Below, in pieces: positions 60,775-64,000 of a DNA stretch of 64,000 bases. The stretch lies in the NCBI GenBank assembly GCA_963796055.1, contig CAWCKH010000003.1, positions 128,001 to 192,000 on the forward strand. Reading direction: 5' to 3'. Within the stretch, counting starts at the first letter, position 1. Every line of letters starts with the position of its first letter. This DNA is from an uncultured delta proteobacterium. GTDB lineage: Bacteria > Myxococcota > Myxococcia > Myxococcales > Myxococcaceae. The notes below the pieces were generated by a model that saw only the letters and a list, made by a program, of their open reading frames with translations, was not told the DNA's origin and searched no databases. The translations under genes and the position numbers were made by a program.

Positions 60775-62075
60775 TGCGCCCGGCGATGGTGGTGGCGCTG
60801 GGCCTGCTGGCGCTCCCCGCGGCCCGGGCGGACGTGGCCCGACGCCGCTCGGCCGTGGTGGACGTGGTGCAGAAGGTCGGTCCGGCAGTGGTCTTCATCG
60901 GCACCGAGCAGGTGGTGGACCGGCGGATGCGCGGCTCGCCACTGGAGGAGTTCTTCTTCGGCGACGGCAGCCGGCAGCAGCGGCAGACGGTGCAGTCGCT
61001 CGGGTCGGGGGTGATCATCGACCCCGGCGGGACCATCGTCACCAATGACCACGTCATCCGTGGCGCCTCGGCGGTGCACGTGGTGCTCGCCGACGGGCGC
61101 CAGCTCGACGCCGAGGTGGTGGGGGCGGACGCGCAGAACGACCTGGCCGTGCTCCGCGTCGCCTCGAAGAGCCCGCTCCCTGCGGCGAGGCTGGGCACCT
61201 CGAGCGACTTGATGATCGGCGAGACGGTGGTGGCCATCGGCAGCCCGTTCGGGCTCACCAAGACCGTCACCTCGGGCGTGCTCTCGGCGGTGGGCCGCAG
61301 CTTCAAGGCCAACGACCAGCTCTACATCGACTTCCTGCAGACCGACGCGGCAATCAACCCCGGCAACTCGGGCGGTCCGTTGATGAACCTCGACGGCGAG
61401 GTCATCGGTATCAACACCGCCATCTTCAGCGGGGCGCAGGGCATCGGCTTCGCCATCCCGGTGGACAAGGTGCGCCGCATCGTCCAGGAGCTGAAGAGCT
61501 TCGGGAAGGTGCGCCCGGCCTGGGTGGGCATCAATGCGGTGGACCTGACTGCGCCGGTCGCGCGGCGGCTCGGCTGGGAGCGCAGCGACGGGGTGGTGGT
61601 GGAGTCGGTGGACGCCGGCAGCCCCGCCGCGGCCGCCGGCGTGCAACCCGGGGACGTGGTGGCCGAGCTCGGCGGCAGCCCGGTGCAGGACACCGACGAG
61701 TTCCAGGCCCGTGTCCGGGGCTACCCGGCGAAGGCGGTGATGCCGCTCGTTCTCTGGCGCGAGGGCCGGAAGCTCACCGTGACGGTGACCCCGGCCGAGT
61801 TCCCGTCGCAGCAGGCCGACGCCTTCGCCTGGGACCGGCTGGGGCTGCGCCTCGCCCCCGCGCGGGGAACGCTGGCCGTGTCGGCGGTGCGCGCACAGAG
61901 CCAGGCCGAGGACTTCGGGATCGAACGGGGAGATCTGATCGTCCGCCTGAACAACGTCGCCCTGGACTCACTGGCGACGTTTCGCGAGGCGCTGATCTCG
62001 GCCCGGCACGCGCGCTCTGTGCTGCTCGTCGTCCGTCGTGGGGGTCGCAACTACCTCGTCACGTTCCGCCTGTAA
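60774..62075 (+). CDS. HtrA/DegP-family serine protease with two PDZ domains
   Basis: Signal peptide, LGSGVI, TNDHV, DLAVL, QTDAAINPGNSGGPL, two PDZ domains. Confidence 0.93.
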   Translation: MRPAMVVALGLLALPAARADVARRRSAVVDVVQKVGPAVVFIGTEQVVDRRMRGSPLEEFFFGDGSRQQRQTVQSLGSGVIIDPGGTIVTNDHVIRGASAVHVVLADGRQLDAEVVGADAQNDLAVLRVASKSPLPAARLGTSSDLMIGETVVAIGSPFGLTKTVTSGVLSAVGRSFKANDQLYIDFLQTDAAINPGNSGGPLMNLDGEVIGINTAIFSGAQGIGFAIPVDKVRRIVQELKSFGKVRPAWVGINAVDLTAPVARRLGWERSDGVVVESVDAGSPAAAAGVQPGDVVAELGGSPVQDTDEFQARVRGYPAKAVMPLVLWREGRKLTVTVTPAEFPSQQADAFAWDRLGLRLAPARGTLAVSAVRAQSQAEDFGIERGDLIVRLNNVALDSLATFREALISARHARSVLLVVRRGGRNYLVTFRL

Positions 62076-62191
62076 GGGGTCACTGTGCACCCTGTTGCGC
62101 CGATGGTACGACTCCTGGGCACAGGACGGGGTGGCATGCACCCGGCCGACTTCTCGGTGCTCGAGCAGGCGCAGTAGAGTGCCGCTCCAGC

Positions 62192-63958
62192 GTGACCCGA
62201 ATCGTCCCGACCTATCGCACAGCGGGGCCGCTGCTCGCCGGCACCCGGTCGAGCGCCATGCTCGGCCTCGAGGAACGTGAGGCCTCCGCCCGTCCCGTCG
62301 TCCTGGTGTGGGCGCCACCCGAGCTGCCGCGGGACGAGGACCGGTTCTCACAGCTGCAGCGAGACACGCGCCGCGCCGCGACGCTCGATCATCCGCACAT
62401 CGTCAAGGTGCACGGCCTGGCCACGCTGGAGCACGGGCTGGCCCGGGTGGTCGAGTACGTCGACGGCGAGTCGCTACGCGACGTGCTCGAGCACACCGGG
62501 AAGCTCTCCCCGGCCATCGCCGGCCGCATCGCGGTGGACTGTGCGCTGGGCATCCACTACGCGCACGTGGCCGGAAACGACGACGGCACCCCGCTGGTGC
62601 ACGGAGATCTCCGACCGGAGACGGTGATGCTCGCCTTCTCCGGCCGGGCGAAGGTCGGCGGGTACGGCGCGCTCGCGGTGGCTCCCAAGGAGAGCAACGG
62701 GCAGCGGGTGGTGAACCGCCGCCGCTACTGCGCCCCCGAGCAGATCATCGGCGGCCGGGCCGCCCAGACCCCCCAGACCGACGTCTTTCTCCTCGGCCTC
62801 GCGCTCTACGAGTGCCTGACCGGGCGGATGCCCTGGGACAAGGAGACCGACTTCGACCAGGCGGTGGTGAACGCGCAGCTGCCACTGGACGGGCTCCCGC
62901 CCGCCGTGCAGGACCTGCTCCGCAAGGCCACCGCGAAGCGGGCCTCGGATCGACACAAGACCGCGCTCGCCTTCCGGGACGCGGTGGACCAGGTGCTCGC
63001 GCCGCTGGCCAGCCCCGCCCAGCTGTCCGAGCTGCTCGAGCACCACTTCCCCGCCCAGGACTCCCCGCGCGCGGCGCGGAAGCAGGTGCTGGAGGCGGCG
63101 CTGGAGGCCCATGCCCGGGCCTGGGCCTCACACCCGCCGAAGGCCTCCGAGTCGCCCACCATTCCCATGGCCGCGCGCGAGCTGGCCGAGCTCGAGGCGC
63201 CCCGCTTCGACTGGCGCTCGAAGCTGCCGCTGGTGTTCGGGGTGGTGGTGGCAGGCGCGCTGGCCGGGGTGTTCTGGCTGCAGACACGGCACGCGGTGCC
63301 CAGGCCGATGCTCACCGTGCCCCCCGGCCAGGAGCAGGCGGCCCGGGCGAGCGCGCCACCGACGAACGGGACCACCCGGCCGGCGTCCACGGTGGCCACG
63401 GCCACCGCTCCGTCCGCCGCCCCGGCGGTGGACCACGTTGCTGCCGCCGCGGCGACCGCCCCCGTTCCCGCCGCGGCCCCGCCGGCCGCTGCGGCGACCG
63501 CCCCGGCCAGGCCGGCCGTCGCGGCGAAGAGCGACTTCATGACCACCGGGATCGAGCTCGTCACCGATCCCCCGCTGGAGGCGGCGCTGGACAAGAAGCC
63601 GTTCGGGCGCACGCCGATCGTCATCCCGGCCACCCCCGGCAAGCACGTGCTGACGCTCAGCGATCAGGCGAAGGGCATCAACCAGTCCCGGGTGGTGATG
63701 GTGAAGAACGACGGCGTCACCCCGCTCCACCTCACGATGGGGCGCGGGACGCTCTCGGTCCGCGCGCCGCAGGGCGCCCGGGTCATCGTCGATGGCCGCG
63801 TGGTGGGCTCGAGCCCGGTCGACGACCTGCACCTCTTCGAGGGCACGCACCACCTCAAGGTGACGCTCGGGGACGCGATCTGGCAGCAGTCCTTCGTGCT
63901 CCGCAACGAGCAGAGCCTGCGCTACGACGTGGAGCTGAAGCCGACCAACGGCGGCTGA
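62192..63958 (+). CDS. Ser/Thr kinase-like protein (probable pseudokinase) with TM and PEGA-like domains
   Basis: LDHPHIVKV, VEYVDGESL, HGDLRPE, YCAPEQ, TDVF.LG..LYE.LTG; TM near aa 345-363; C-terminal G.TP/GARV.VDG repeats. Confidence 0.88.
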   Translation: MTRIVPTYRTAGPLLAGTRSSAMLGLEEREASARPVVLVWAPPELPRDEDRFSQLQRDTRRAATLDHPHIVKVHGLATLEHGLARVVEYVDGESLRDVLEHTGKLSPAIAGRIAVDCALGIHYAHVAGNDDGTPLVHGDLRPETVMLAFSGRAKVGGYGALAVAPKESNGQRVVNRRRYCAPEQIIGGRAAQTPQTDVFLLGLALYECLTGRMPWDKETDFDQAVVNAQLPLDGLPPAVQDLLRKATAKRASDRHKTALAFRDAVDQVLAPLASPAQLSELLEHHFPAQDSPRAARKQVLEAALEAHARAWASHPPKASESPTIPMAARELAELEAPRFDWRSKLPLVFGVVVAGALAGVFWLQTRHAVPRPMLTVPPGQEQAARASAPPTNGTTRPASTVATATAPSAAPAVDHVAAAAATAPVPAAAPPAAAATAPARPAVAAKSDFMTTGIELVTDPPLEAALDKKPFGRTPIVIPATPGKHVLTLSDQAKGINQSRVVMVKNDGVTPLHLTMGRGTLSVRAPQGARVIVDGRVVGSSPVDDLHLFEGTHHLKVTLGDAIWQQSFVLRNEQSLRYDVELKPTNGG

Positions 63959-64000
63959 GCGTGCTGGGTCGCCAGGCTCAGCTGGCCCATCGCTGCTCGA

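Overview
Very GC-rich chromosomal segment whose gene content points to a myxobacterium (Myxococcota): a TIGR04563-type small-protein pair, a PilT paralogue, sigma54 regulators and a Ser/Thr kinase-PEGA protein. It is mostly a housekeeping backbone: grpE, hutU/hutI, tsaE-nnr-acpS-pdxJ-glmM-acs-folP-ftsH-tilS, pncB, coaBC, UDG, yacG and tRNA-Met. It also holds a lysine-fermentation gene set (kamD, kamE, kal, kce, kdd), two HtrA proteases, a sigma54-linked TPR/beta-barrel/two-component module and several decayed genes. No transposase, integrase, phage gene or CRISPR array was recognised. The most notable unexplained signals are: (i) a probable ~195-nt structured sRNA with its own sigma70-type promoter, a C-rich loop and a terminator (28635-28867); (ii) a dispersed repeat present once as five perfect 85-bp tandem units and once as a degenerate single unit, both ending exactly on a convergent gene's TAG stop and both downstream of ribbon-helix-helix genes; (iii) divergent sigma54 promoters with tandem enhancer-like dyads; (iv) a start-less Cys-rich peptide frame directly after ftsH. 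All calls come from motif recognition by eye; no searches were run.
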